DNA from: Cyanophora paradoxa CCMP329
Taxonomy: Eukaryota > Plantae > Glaucophyta
Reading direction: 5' to 3'
NCBI GenBank assembly: GCA_004431415.1
Contig: QPMI01000692.1
Span: 62,001 to 126,000 of the forward strand
DNA length: 64,000 nucleotides
In this document: positions 10,578-22,067 of the stretch, one piece after another
Layout of the letters: each line of letters opens with the position of its first letter
Position numbering within the stretch: position 1 is the first letter of the stretch
Notes under the pieces: model-generated
The model's input: only the letters and a program-made list of their open reading frames with translations
Database searches by the model: none
Told to the model about the DNA's origin: nothing
Program-made: the position numbers and the translations under genes

Positions 10578-10963
10578 TATTATTTAAGTCGATATTTTTG
10601 TAAGCTATGTGGTTTCGTAGCCGCCAAATCGCGCCCTTTGCGAATCTGACCGCGCCGCTTTGTAGTAGCGTAGAACTACTCTATACGCGCGCGGATGCAA
10701 AGTATAACTAGTGGAGCCTCACGGGAACGCGCGCCGGCGCTCAGAATGTAGCGGACACCTCCGTTTTCGGGCACTTGTGTAGAAATCGAAGTCGGTCTTT
10801 GCTTCACGGTGGGCTTAGCTAGTCAAAGCATAACCATCATGCCCGGAATCAAGGTGTGAGCACGTAGCAATTAAGAGCGCGCCGAGATCGGCTTCCTGTC
10901 CAAAGTTATGCCCGGAAAACGGAAGGGGGTCTCCGCGAAGTCGCGATCGCGATGTTATCGAGT

Positions 10964-11043
10964 CGGGACTCGGGACTCGGGACTCGGAACTCGGGACTCC
11001 GGGACTCGGGACTCCGGACTCGGGGCTCGGGACTCGGGACTCC
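10964..11043. repeat. (GGGACTC)n heptamer microsatellite
   Basis: About 11 imperfect copies visible directly. Confidence 0.9.
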
Positions 11044-11178
11044 AACTTTGCAACTTAAAAAATGCAACCGACGGGGGTCAGAGGCTTAGAGCCCCGCGAT
11101 CGTTTTTTTAAAAATATGCATTTTACACATTATTTATTGAGCCTATGAAACTTATTCAAAAGCCTATTATTATTTATT

Positions 11179-14100
11179 AACAAGATCCGTGCTCCTGCGG
11201 AGCACTAAGTACGGCGAAGCCTCGCGGACGCCCTCGCAGCTGTCACAGTAGGCCTACAGGGCACCCACCGACTGCCAGGCTGGCCAGCGGCCTGGCCGAT
11301 CGCGAACAGCTTTCTGGCTGGAAGCTGGCTGGCTGACGGCCAGTCCAGCTAGCGCTGGCCGGCTAGAGGAATATTAATGTACTGAGGAAATAAAGGGTGG
11401 AGCAGATTGAGAGGAGATTAATTATATAATATTGTTGGGAAGGAGGCCCGGGAGGAGCGAAGTTCCCGCGGCCAGGCGCATGCACATGCGTAGAGCTTGC
11501 GAATCTCTTAGAATGCATATGCTATCAATGTGGAGGGCTGCGGAGGCGAGGGCGCACGGAAATATGTGCAGGCCTGTGCAGGATCGAAAATTTGGCGTCG
11601 GCTGGGTTCTTGTGCTCTTTCGCCCCCAGAGAGCTTGCGCAAAGCTTGGAAAAGCTCTCAAATGAATACTGTACGGATGGGCATGCGTGAGGATGCGATG
11701 GGCATTCGAAGCTTGTGGAAGGCTTTTAAAACATCTCTGATGAATATTGTAGCGATGCCCGTGCGTGAGGATGCGAGGGCGCGCGGAAAGATGTGCAGGT
11801 CTGTCCAGGATCGAATTTTCGGGGTCGGCTGGGTCCCCGCGGCCCGGCGCATCCGTAAAGCGTGCGGAAGGCTTCTTCTACATCTCAAATGCTTATGCTA
11901 TTGTTCCGCGCATGCACCGCGGCGTGGGCGCGCGGAAAGATGTCCGGGCCCGTGCAGGATCGAATTTTTGCCGCCGGCTGGGTTCTCGTGCTCTTTCGCG
12001 TCTTCGAAGCTTGTGGAAGGCTTTGATAAAATCCCAAATGAATATAGTAGCGATGTGCTTGCGTGAGGATGCGAGGGCGCGCGGAAAGACGTGCAGGTCC
12101 GTGAAGGATCGTATTTTCGGGGTCGGCTGGGTCCTCGCGGCCCGGCGCATCCGTAAACCGTGCGGAATGCTTTGTCTACATCTCAAATGCTTATGCTATT
12201 GTTCCGCGCATGCGCCGCGGCGTGGGCGCGCGGAAAGATATCCGGGTCCGTGCAGGATCGAATTTTTGCCGTCCGCTGGGTTCTCGTGCTCTTTCGCGTC
12301 TTCGAAGCTTGTGGAAGGCTTTGATAAAATCTCAAATGAATATTGTAGCGATGCGCATGCGCGAGAATGCGAGGGCGCGCGGAAAGATGTTCAGGTCCGT
12401 CCAGGATCGAATTTTCGGGGTCGGCTGGGTCCTCGCGGCCTGGTGCATTTAGAGACCGTGCGGAAGTCTTCTTCTACATCTTAAATGCTTATGCTATCGT
12501 TCCGCGCGTGCGCCGCGGCGTGGGCGCGCGGAAAGATGTCCGGGCCCGTGTGGGATCGAATTTTTGCCGTCGGGTACCTTCCTGCGCTGTTCCGGCTCCG
12601 AAAAGCGGATTTCGGGGGTGCGCAGGCCGTGCTATGTCTATACGCGCCAGTACGCGTCGATTGCGCGCGTCGCGGGACCGGCCGGAACCGGGAGGATCAA
12701 ATTTCGGCGTACTGTTCGGACTGCAGCGTCGAGGGCGCCCGAAATCGAGCTTGCGGCGATGCGCTCGCCCTCGCCCGTCATTCTGTATCGTTCTGGGGCG
12801 TCCCTGGCGCGATTTCGTTGCGGGACCGGGTCCCACCTTCTGACTCGGACTGCATTTGTCGGAGGTTAAGTACCGGAATTGATCCAGAGGGAAATTCGAT
12901 TTTCGCGCGACGCCCACGGGGGAGCGGTCGTCTTAGGGGAGCCAGGACGCTAAAAATGGATCTAGAGAGGTCTGTGGGGGTTCGGGTGGCTGAGTGACTA
13001 GCGGCAATCGTGTCCGTGTCGAGGCAGAATTAATAATTCTGTCTCGAGGGAGTGCGACACGGAAATTATTCGGCAGGGGGGATCTCGAGTGGAAAAAAAG
13101 GTTAAAAAAGGAATTTGGATCGGCGGTTTTTGGTTTTGAGACAAGATCCGTGCTCCTGCGGAGCACTAAGTACGGCGAAGCCTCGCGGACGCCCTCATGG
13201 CTGTCACACTAGGCCTAGCGCACCGGCCAGCGGCCGGCCCGGCCGGGCCGATCGTGAACAGCGCTGGCCCGGGCCGGGAAGCTGGCGGCCAGCTGCAGCC
13301 CCACTTGTACTGGCCCGGCCAGCTAGAGGAATATGAAGGGGAGGGGTACCGGTTGGACTGGCTTTTAACTGGTGGAGCAGATTGAGAGCTCGAGGAGATT
13401 AATTATAAAATATTGTTGGGAGGGAGGCCCGGGAGGGGCGAGGTTCTCGTGGCCAGGCGCATGCACAGAGCTTGGGAATCGCTTAAACAGAACCTAGAAT
13501 GCATATAGCATCGATGTGCAGGGGTGCGGAGGCAAGGGCACGCGGAAAGCTGTGCAGGCCTGGCCAGGATCGAATTTTAATTTCGGGGTCGGCTGGATTG
13601 CCACGCCCTGTCGCGCCCGCAGAGCTTGCGAAAAGCTTTCAAAAGATCTCTGATAAATATTGTAGCGTTTTCCATACATGAGGACGCGAGGGCGCGCGGA
13701 AAGCTGTGCAGGACCGTCCAGGATCGAATTTTCGGGGTCGGCTGGGTCCCCGCGGCCCGGCGCATCCGTAAAGCGTGCGGAAGGCTTCTTCTACATCTCA
13801 AATGCTTATGCTATTGTTCCGCGCATGCACCGCGGCGTGGGCGCGCGGAAAGATGTCCGGGCCCGTGCAGGATCGAATTTTTGCCGCCGGCTGGGTTCTC
13901 GTGCTCTTTCGCGTCTTCGAAGCTTGTGGAAGGCTTTGATAAAATCCCAAATGAATATAGTAGCGATGTGCTTGCGTGAGGATGCGAGGGCGCGCGGAAA
14001 GACGTGCAGGTCCGTGAAGGATCGTATTTTCGGGTCGGCTGGGTCCTCGCGGCCCGGCGCATCCGTAAACCGTGCGGAATGCTTTGTCTACATCTCAAAT

Positions 14101-16738
14101 GCTTATGCTATTGTTCCGCGCATGCGCCGCGGCGTGGGCGCGCGGAAAGATATCCGGGTCCGTGCAGGATCGAATTTTTGCCGTCCGCTGGGTTCTCGTG
14201 CTCTTTCGCGTCTTCGAAGCTTGTGGAAGGCTTTGATAAAATCTCAAATGAATATTGTAGCGATGCGCATGCGCGAGAATGCGAGGGCGCGCGGAAAGAT
14301 GTTCAGGTCCGTCCAGGATCGAATTTTCGGGGTCGGCTGGGTCCTCGCGGCCTGGTGCATTTAGAGACCGTGCGGAAGTCTTCTTCTACATCTTAAATGC
14401 TTATGCTATCGTTCCGCGCGTGCGCCGCGGCGTGGGCGCGCGGAAAGATGTCCGGGCCCGTGTGGGATCGAATTTTTGCCGTCGGGTACCTTCCTGCGCT
14501 GTTCCGGCTCCGAAAAGCGGATTTCGGGGGTGCGCAGGCCGTGCTATGTCTATACGCGCCAGTACGCGTCGATTGCGCGCGTCGCGGGACCGGCCGGAAC
14601 CGGGAGGATCAAATTTCGGCGTACTGTTCGGACTGCAGCGTCGAGGGCGCCCGAAATCGAGCTTGCGGCGATGCGCTCGCCCTCGCCCGTCATTCTGTAT
14701 CGTTCTGGGGCGTCCCTGGCGCGATTTCGTTGCGGGACCGGGTCCCACCTTCTGACTCGGACTGCATTTGTCGGAGGTTAAGTACCGGAATTGATCCAGA
14801 GGGAAATTCGATTTTCGCGCGACGCCCACGGGGGAGCGGTCGTCTTAGGGGAGCCAGGACGCTAAAAATGGATCTAGAGAGGTCTGTGGGGGTTCGGGTG
14901 GCTGAGTGACTAGCGGCAATCGTGTCCGTGTCGAGGCAGAATTAATAATTCTGTCTCGAGGGAGTGCGACACGGAAATTATTCGGCAGGGGGGATCTCGA
15001 GTGGAAAAAAAGGTTAAAAAAGGAATTTGGATCGGCGGTTTTTGGTTTTGAGACAAGATCCGTGCTCCTGCGGAGCACTAAGTACGGCGAAGCCTCGCGG
15101 ACGCCCTCATGGCTGTCACACTAGGCCTAGCGCACCGGCCAGCGGCCGGCCCGGCCGGGCCGATCGTGAACAGCGCTGGCCCGGGCCGGGAAGCTGGCGG
15201 CCAGCTGCAGCCCCACTTGTACTGGCCCGGCCAGCTAGAGGAATATGAAGGGGAGGGGTACCGTTTGGACTGGCTTTTAACTGGTGGAGCAGATTGAGAG
15301 CTCGAGGAGATTAATTATAAAATATTGTTGGGAGGGAGGCCCGGGAGGGGCGAGGTTCTCGTGGCCAGGCGCATGCACAGAGCTTGGGAATCGCTTAAAC
15401 AGAACCTAGAATGCATATAGCATCGATGTGCAGGGGTGCGGAGGCAAGGGCACGCGGAAAGCTGTGCAGGCCTGGCCAGGATCGAATTTTAATTTCGGGG
15501 TCGGCTGGATTGCCACGCCCTGTCGCGCCCGCAGAGCTTGCGAAAAGCTTTCAAAAGATCTCTGATAAATATTGTAGCGTTTTCCATACATGAGGACGCG
15601 AGGGCGCGCGGAAAGCTGTGCAGGACCGTCCAGGATCGAATCTTCGGGGTCGGCTGGGTTCTCGCGGCCCGGCACATCTGTAAAGCGTGCGGAACGCTTG
15701 ATCTACATCTTAGATGCTTATGCTATTGTTCTGCGCATCCGCCGCGGCGTGGGCGCGCGGAAAGATGTCCGGGTCCGTGCAGGATCGAATTTTTGCCGTC
15801 GGCTGGGTTCTCGTGCTCTTTCGCGTCTTCGAAGCTTGTGGAAGGCTTTGATAAAATCTCAAATGAATACTGTAGCGATGCGCATGCGCAAGGATGCGAG
15901 GGGGCGCGGAAAGATGTTCAGGTTTCTAGCTATAGAGGATCGAATTTTCGGGGTCGGCTGGGTCCCCGCGGCCCGGCGCACGTGCAAAGCGTGCGGGGTG
16001 CTTCTTCTACATCTCAAATGCTTATGCTATCGTTCCGCGCATGCGCCGCGGCGTCGGCGCGCGGAAAGATGTCCGGGCCCGTGCAGGATCGAATTTTCGC
16101 CGTCGGGTACCTTCCTGCGCTATTCCGGCTCCGAAAAGCGGATATTTGGATTGCGCAGGATCTGCTATGTCTATGCGCGCCAGTACGCATCGATTGCGCG
16201 CGTCGCGGGACCGGCCGGAACCGGCCGGATCAAATTTTCGGCCTACTGTTCGGACTGCAGCGTCGAGGGCGCCCGAAATCGAGCTTGCGGCGATGCGCTC
16301 GCCCTCGCGCGTCATTCTGTATCGTTCTGGAGCGTCCCTGGCGCGATTCCGTCGCGGGACCGGGCGGGACCGGGTCGACGTCCCACCTTCTGATTCGGAC
16401 TGCGTTTGTCGGAGGTTAAGTACCGGAATTGATCCAGAGGGAAATTCGATTTTCGCGCGACGCCCACGGGAGAGCGGTCTTCTTAGGGGAGCCAGGACGC
16501 TAAGAATGGATCTAGAGAGGTTTGTGGGGGTTCGGGGAGCTGTGTGATTTGTGTGTGATGGGGGAAGCGTCACGTCCGTGTCGAGGAAAAATTATTAATT
16601 TTTCACGAGGAGGCTGCACAGGGAAATTATTTACAGGGGAGATGAAAAGTTTCGGGTTCGAATCCGACCGGAATTTGGCTCGTTGTTGACCGGGTTTGAG
16701 AAAGAGGCTTCGCCTGAAAGAGGCTTCGCCTGATAAAA
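11179..16738 (-). mobile_element. Non-autonomous Helentron/HINE-like element, triplicated, with ~150-bp central tandem repeats
   Basis: Asymmetric subterminal IR GGCGAAGCCTC (11213) / GAGGCTTCGCC (16704, 16720). Hairpin GTGCTCC-TGC-GGAGCAC (11189-11205). Terminal CTTGTT on minus strand with T/A-rich flanks. Units start at 11180, 13141, 15053. Confidence 0.7.
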
Positions 16739-16937
16739 TTCAAAAAACACTACTTTGAGGCATTCTATATATATTCGGAATCGCCGCGATGTGATGACCC
16801 CGAATACGTCGGTGACCCTGTATATATGTATATGTCGGAATATGCGAAAAAAGAAAAAACAAAAAAGTGAAAGCTGTGCGGGATCACACACACGGAGGTT
16901 CAGACATATATACGAAATATATACATGACTGAATTGT

Positions 16938-17747
16938 TTATTTTTCACCAAGTTCATAGTTAGTCATAATGAGATGGTTTCTTTTCTTTTTTGTCATACC
17001 ATACACTTTGCCATACGTATGGCGAATATAGGGTTTAAATAGGAGTTTCATTAAAAGAGCATCATTTACAACCATCATAACCTTGCATTTCGCTGTCTTA
17101 AATAGGTCTTCCAAATCCAAAAAGAAGGTTTCTAAATCGAATTCTACATTTTCGTAAAAGTCATTATTGCTGTTTACGTATGGAGGATCGAGAAATATAA
17201 AAGCCGCTTCATCATCTCTATATTTGGCTACGATATCGCGAAAATCCCCATGGGATAGGCTGGCTTCTTTTATGAAATCATCGTAAGGTATCTTCTTTTT
17301 AAGAGTTGTATATGGACTCACCTTCACGTTTCGTTTTTTGAAATCACGGAGGGTTTTAACATTTAAAACGCTGTTTTTAAGAAGATAGAAATGGTGAGCC
17401 AAGTAATCCATTGCATCTTTACGATCATGTTGTAGAAACTTCTTATAGACTTCTTTATGCTCTTCTATATTGCTAACTGCTTCGAACTGTTTAAGACTCT
17501 CTAAGAGTTTAACTTTATTGTCTGGGTCTTTCATTGTATTCAAAAAAAGGGTATGGGTTTCGTCGTTATCATTCATATAATAATTAAACCGGTCTTTATG
17601 CTTTTCCCAAAGATAGAAACTACAAGCACCTGAACCACAAAACGGTTCTATAACTTTATTAATTCCTTCTAAATCGATATATGGATAGATCGTATCCATT
17701 TCATTATACTTGTTGCCGGTATATTTATGGTAAAAGTGAGTCTTCAT
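16938..17747 (-). CDS. Dam/D12-class N6-adenine DNA methyltransferase
   Basis: YTGNKY, EPFCGSGA (motif I), MND, FIFLDPPY (motif IV). Intronless, AT-rich. Confidence 0.92.
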   Translation of the reverse strand: MKTHFYHKYTGNKYNEMDTIYPYIDLEGINKVIEPFCGSGACSFYLWEKHKDRFNYYMNDNDETHTLFLNTMKDPDNKVKLLESLKQFEAVSNIEEHKEVYKKFLQHDRKDAMDYLAHHFYLLKNSVLNVKTLRDFKKRNVKVSPYTTLKKKIPYDDFIKEASLSHGDFRDIVAKYRDDEAAFIFLDPPYVNSNNDFYENVEFDLETFFLDLEDLFKTAKCKVMMVVNDALLMKLLFKPYIRHTYGKVYGMTKKKRNHLIMTNYELGEK

Positions 17748-17963
17748 TTATTATAGGAAGAGAAAAACAATTTATATATGTATCTCGCATGTAGTTTGCA
17801 TGTATCTTGCATAGTGGGCGGGGCGCGAGTGGTTCCAGTTGCGATTAATCGTGGTCTATCGTCGTACTTTGTCGGTGGGGCTTACCTTGGTCTCGCAAGT
17901 TTGTGCAGGTGGGCATTTTCGGCAGCACAAACTTGCTTTAAAAAATATAAAATGAAATTCGGT

Positions 17964-18311
17964 TTAACTCTTACGTGTTTTGCTATAACACTCTCGGCAT
18001 TGGTAGTTGAGACCATCCTTCGTTCTTTGTCTTTTATTAAACTTACTTGCAAGCTTCTCAATCTTCAAAGGCTTGCAGTGCGAGCATATCTTCGATTGTA
18101 CTTCGATCTTCGGACGCGTTTTTAACACACAATGATAAAGGTAATTGTGATACTCTCGGTCGCAGTCTTTGCATCTCCAATTCAAAAGTACATTCCCTGA
18201 GCTACGCTTTTGCAATGCATAACTCGATGCCGGTTTTACCTTATCGCAAACATTGCACCGCTTACTCTCAGGTAAATTTACTTGATTGCTTGCCATTGTT
18301 ACATTATACAT
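17964..18311 (-). CDS. Small protein with two CxxC...CxxC zinc-finger-like repeats (viral/HNH-associated type)
   Basis: CNVC..CKDC and CSHC..KDGLNYQCREC. Confidence 0.6.
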   Translation of the reverse strand: MYNVTMASNQVNLPESKRCNVCDKVKPASSYALQKRSSGNVLLNWRCKDCDREYHNYLYHCVLKTRPKIEVQSKICSHCKPLKIEKLASKFNKRQRTKDGLNYQCRECYSKTRKS

Positions 18312-18680
18312 TCGGGATATCTTTAAGTGGGGATCACTTGTTTATTTGGTGGGGTTTACCTGGATTTTTCAATTTGGCTAACTGAAAACAGTCCGGAAAC
18401 GATCGGGAACATTTCGTAAAAATAAGGGTCTTACTGTCCTTACTGAGAGATCGGGGGAAAGTTAAAGGGCTTACTGGGAATGGTAAGGAATTAGAAAAAT
18501 AAAGAATGAAAGGGTTTCGTGATTGGTTTCAGTAAGGAGAGGTTAGAAGTCTGAAAAATACAGTGCTATTTTATAGTTTGTTACTGAGCCTTACTGAGAA
18601 ATTTGAAAATGGATAATGGGCTTACTGAGAATGGTAGTGGGAAGGTCGCGCAATTGGTGGGGCTTACCTGCATGCGAGCG

Positions 18681-19200
18681 GCAGCGAAGGCGTACCCCCA
18701 CCGGGGACCCGGAGGGAGCGCGCGGGGAGGGGTTTGTGCATCTAGACCTAGGGCCTTCTCCGGGCCCGCGCGGGAGGGGTACGCCACCGCCGTCGCCTTC
18801 GGACCAAGGGCCGATGGGGGGCCCCTTGCCCGAAGGCGGCAGCGAAGGCGTACCCCCACCGGGGACCCGGAGGGAGCGCGCGGGGAGGGGTTTGTGCATC
18901 TAGACCTAGGGCCTTCTCCGGGCCCGCGCGGGAGGGGTACGCCACCGCCGTCGCCTTCGGACCAAGGGCCGATGGGGGGCCCCTTGCCCGAAGGCGGCAG
19001 CGAAGGCGTACCCCCACCGGGGACCCGGAGGGAGCGCGGGGGGCGGGGTACGGGTATCTAGACCTAGGGCCTTCTCCGGGCCCGCGCGGGAGGGGTACGC
19101 CACCGCCGGCGCCTTTGGACCAAGGGCCCCCGCGATTGGGGGGCGCCTTGCCCGAAGGGGCCAGCGAAGGCGTACCCCCACCGGGGGGCCCGAAGGGAGC
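18681..19200. repeat. 158-bp GC-rich tandem repeat (~3.3 copies)
   Basis: Units start at 18681, 18839, 18997 and ~19161. Confidence 0.92.
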
Positions 19201-19842
19201 GGGAGGGTGGAAGTTTGGGTCGGGGCGGGGTACGGGTTCTAGACTCTAGTAGGAAGATGTGCTAGTGGGAAGATGTGGGTGAGTCAACAACTGAGCGCAC
19301 CAGATTGCATAAGTTGGACGTGCTCGAATTCGAAGCTGCGCTGTCGCAGACACATGCTGAGAAGACCTTGCCGCAGCCGAAGACGATGCAGGCCTAAGGA
19401 CCTAAGGACCATGACTTCATGAGCATGACATAATCCAGAGAAAGTCTTCTTATGACGCGCATCCGCAGGACGGACTTATGATGACGGCAACACGTTAAGC
19501 ACGAAGGAAACCTTCGACGACCGCAGCCTCTCCGAGCGCAAGGTTTACGTGGCGGTTGGCTGGTTCGTACCTTACGGGATCCACGGACCGGAACGGCAGA
19601 GCGCAGGTCCAGCAACCACTCCTGCGCAACGAATCAAGTACGAAGAACGTCTCGATAGCCTAGTAATACGCAACCCGGCGGCCGCCGGCCGGAACGCAGG
19701 CGGAACGCGGGGCGTGTAGAAGCATCCGACATGCGGGGGCGCATTCTCGACATGGGATAGTTTCCGAAACACATTTGTGCTGCGTAGTTTGCCGGTGCAT
19801 CGCCCGCTCATTCCCGTTGGCGCTTTCAAAGTGACGATCTGA

Positions 19843-20907
19843 CACTAGTAGATAGGGGGGGGGGGAAGTGACATTATTCTGACAATATTCTGGTATTATT
19901 TAAAATGTCAGAATGAATGACATTATTCTGACATCATTCTGACATTACTAGACAGCGCGAGACTTCAAATGCTAGAATCAGCTCGGAAACTAGGCCGGCA
20001 GGCGTCCCCGGCCCAACATTTAGCGTCGGGCGGTGCTCTTTCGATGATGAGTGTCCGCTTGCGCCGGTTTAATGTCAGAATAATGTCAACATGCCCGATA
20101 TTATCTTGACTTTACTTTGACAATATATAGCCTCTTAATACTAGACATCCGTACTATACGCGCGCGGCCGCGCGGGCGGCCCCGCGAGGAGATTTCGGGC
20201 CGGCGCTCCCCGGACGCCGGCCGCCGCGCCCGGCGTATGGATAGGCCGTGTCAAGGCGCGCACGGGAAGCCGCGCACAGGAAGCGGCCCGGTGCGCCCCC
20301 GTTGGCCGCCCTAGGAGATAATGTCAGAATAATTTCAGATCAAGGTCAGGTGAGGGGTGTTCGGATGGGGGCGATCCGAGGTACGTACGCGTTGCAGCGC
20401 GCATTAAAGAGACATCTAATATCATGTATAAAGGTTGAGAGCGGCGCCGTGGGCTGGCGAGCGCGCACCAGAAAAGCGCGGAGCTTCGCTGCAGTTTCGC
20501 TCGGACAGATCGCCTCCGAAATCTGGACACGCAAAGCTTGAGGTTAGATACAAACCAGTGTGAGGGGAAAGAGAGTGGGCCGAAAGTCGGCTACCTCGGC
20601 GAGTTCGGCCAGGGCGCGGCCAGGGCGAGCTCGGTCGCGTAAGAAGAGGGGAAGGAGCGGCGGAGGAGCCGCTCTTACACGGCCGTTTCGCGAGCATGTT
20701 GTTAGATTGTTGTTAGATTGATGTTATTGTGACATCAACATGACATTATCTCTGATATCACTCTGACAGTATTCTGACATTTTGGGATAATGTCAGAATA
20801 ATATCAAGTCGGACAAAAATAATGTCAGAATAATATCGGGTCTGACATTATAAATAATGTCAGAGTACTGTCAGAATAATCTCACTTCCCCCCCCTATCT
20901 ACTAGTG
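19843..20907. mobile_element. Non-autonomous CACTA (EnSpm) element
   Basis: TIRs CACTAGTAGATAG(G)nAAGTG...CACTT(C)nTATCTACTAGTG, TGA target-site duplication on both sides, many subterminal TATTCTGACA/TGTCAGAATA repeats. Confidence 0.93.
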
Positions 20908-20920
20908 TGATGGCGCGCCC

Positions 20921-21790
20921 ATGAGAGCCGTGTGCCGACGGTTTCGGCGGATCGCGGACGACGGCAGCCTCTGGGAGCGCGTTGCGCTGCGCGAGCCGAA
21001 CGACGCGGCGGCAGAGGCGCCGCGCGCGGCGCTGATCCATGGCCAGCTGCCTGAGAAGGCGCGGGCGGCGGTACCGGTGCGGCGGATTTGCCCGGCCAGC
21101 TTCAGGCGGCTCGTGTCAGCATTCCGGGAACAGCTGGAGGAGCTGCACGTGCTCCTCAGCGGCGGCCAGGGCGCAGCAGACGTGTCTGGCCTGGGGGCCA
21201 TCAAGTGCGCGAGCGCGCTTCGCGAGCTGTGCGTCGGCGTCGCGATCGACAACGAGAAGTGCGCGTGGGACCCGCCACTTCACGCCACGGCTGCCTTCAC
21301 CCAGCCCCTGTCGATCATCCAGTTCCTATCCAAGCTCGAGGTGCGCGTTCGCTTCGCAAACGTTAGCGTTATAACTAGTGTCAAGCGATCCGAGACTCAG
21401 AGTCTCGTTCGTAAACCACGCGCTCGCCCGCGCACCGCAGCGCCTCGCGACGGGCGCGCCGTCCCTTCGCACCACGGACATCGGGGCCCCGCTCCCGATC
21501 GCCGCGGACCTCGCTGCGGTCTCCTCCCTTGCGTTCCTCCACGAGCTCAGGGCGCGTTTCATGATCACCGCTCCTCTAGATCCGCGCTGCGTTGCGTTGC
21601 ATTTTGGGAAGATCTGACGTTTAAATTTGCCCGCGCATACATAGATCTCGGACGGCGCTGCAAAGCGGATCGGCCCCGCGGAGCGCGAGAACCTGCTCAG
21701 CGTCCTCCTGGACACGAACGTCGTCTTCGACGACGACGACCAAGACGTCTACGTCGACTCGGAGGCCAACTCGTAGCTTGGCTTATATAA
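20921..21790 (+). pseudogene. F-box-like protein gene fragment (5' end truncated next to CACTA insertion)
   Basis: AVCRRFRRIADDGSLW matches the second half of an F-box, followed by LRR-like LEELHV/LRELCV stretches. The first half of the F-box is not seen. Confidence 0.5.
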
Positions 21791-22067
21791 GAGCCGCCAC
21801 GCCCGATCGTCCCAGACCCCGCCGAGCACTGGTCCGGTCCCGTCCTTCCCTGCGGCTGGGCCCTGTCCCGGGGACACGAACGTCGTCTTTGAATTCGAAG
21901 ACGAGGACTCGGAGGCCGGGTCTGTTGTCACCGAGTACTAGCTAGTGTAGCTAAGTACCAGTACAAAGTAAATATAACCATGGACAACACGATTATTTTA
22001 CAAAGTAGTGCGCGGGGCCACACAAAAAGGGAAAAGGGGGTCGGCCGCGGGGGCCTCGGGGCCCACA

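Larger units (their letters stand above)
1..10680 (+). mobile_element. Endogenous Polinton/Polinton-like virus (right portion; left end outside window)
   Basis: Intronless, gene-dense, lower-GC block with capsid-like ORFs, packaging ATPase, PolB, rve integrase. Ends in ACTACT (10675-10680), the reverse complement of the AGTAGT Polinton terminus. Confidence 0.88.

Noticed and set aside
10964-11043. GGGACTC repeat as telomere, or as inverted partner of the GAGTCC repeats at ~50520
   Set aside because: Internal and short; flanking sequences do not align with the 50.5-kb region, so no 40-kb TIR pair is supported.
11422-16573. Many 100-290-aa ORFs in the 1.9-kb repeats
   Set aside because: Artefacts of GC-rich tandem repeats; frames differ between copies and there are no protein motifs.
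16938-17747. Bacterial restriction-modification system
   Set aside because: No cognate endonuclease is identifiable; context is a eukaryotic repeat cluster, and solitary viral-type MTases are common.
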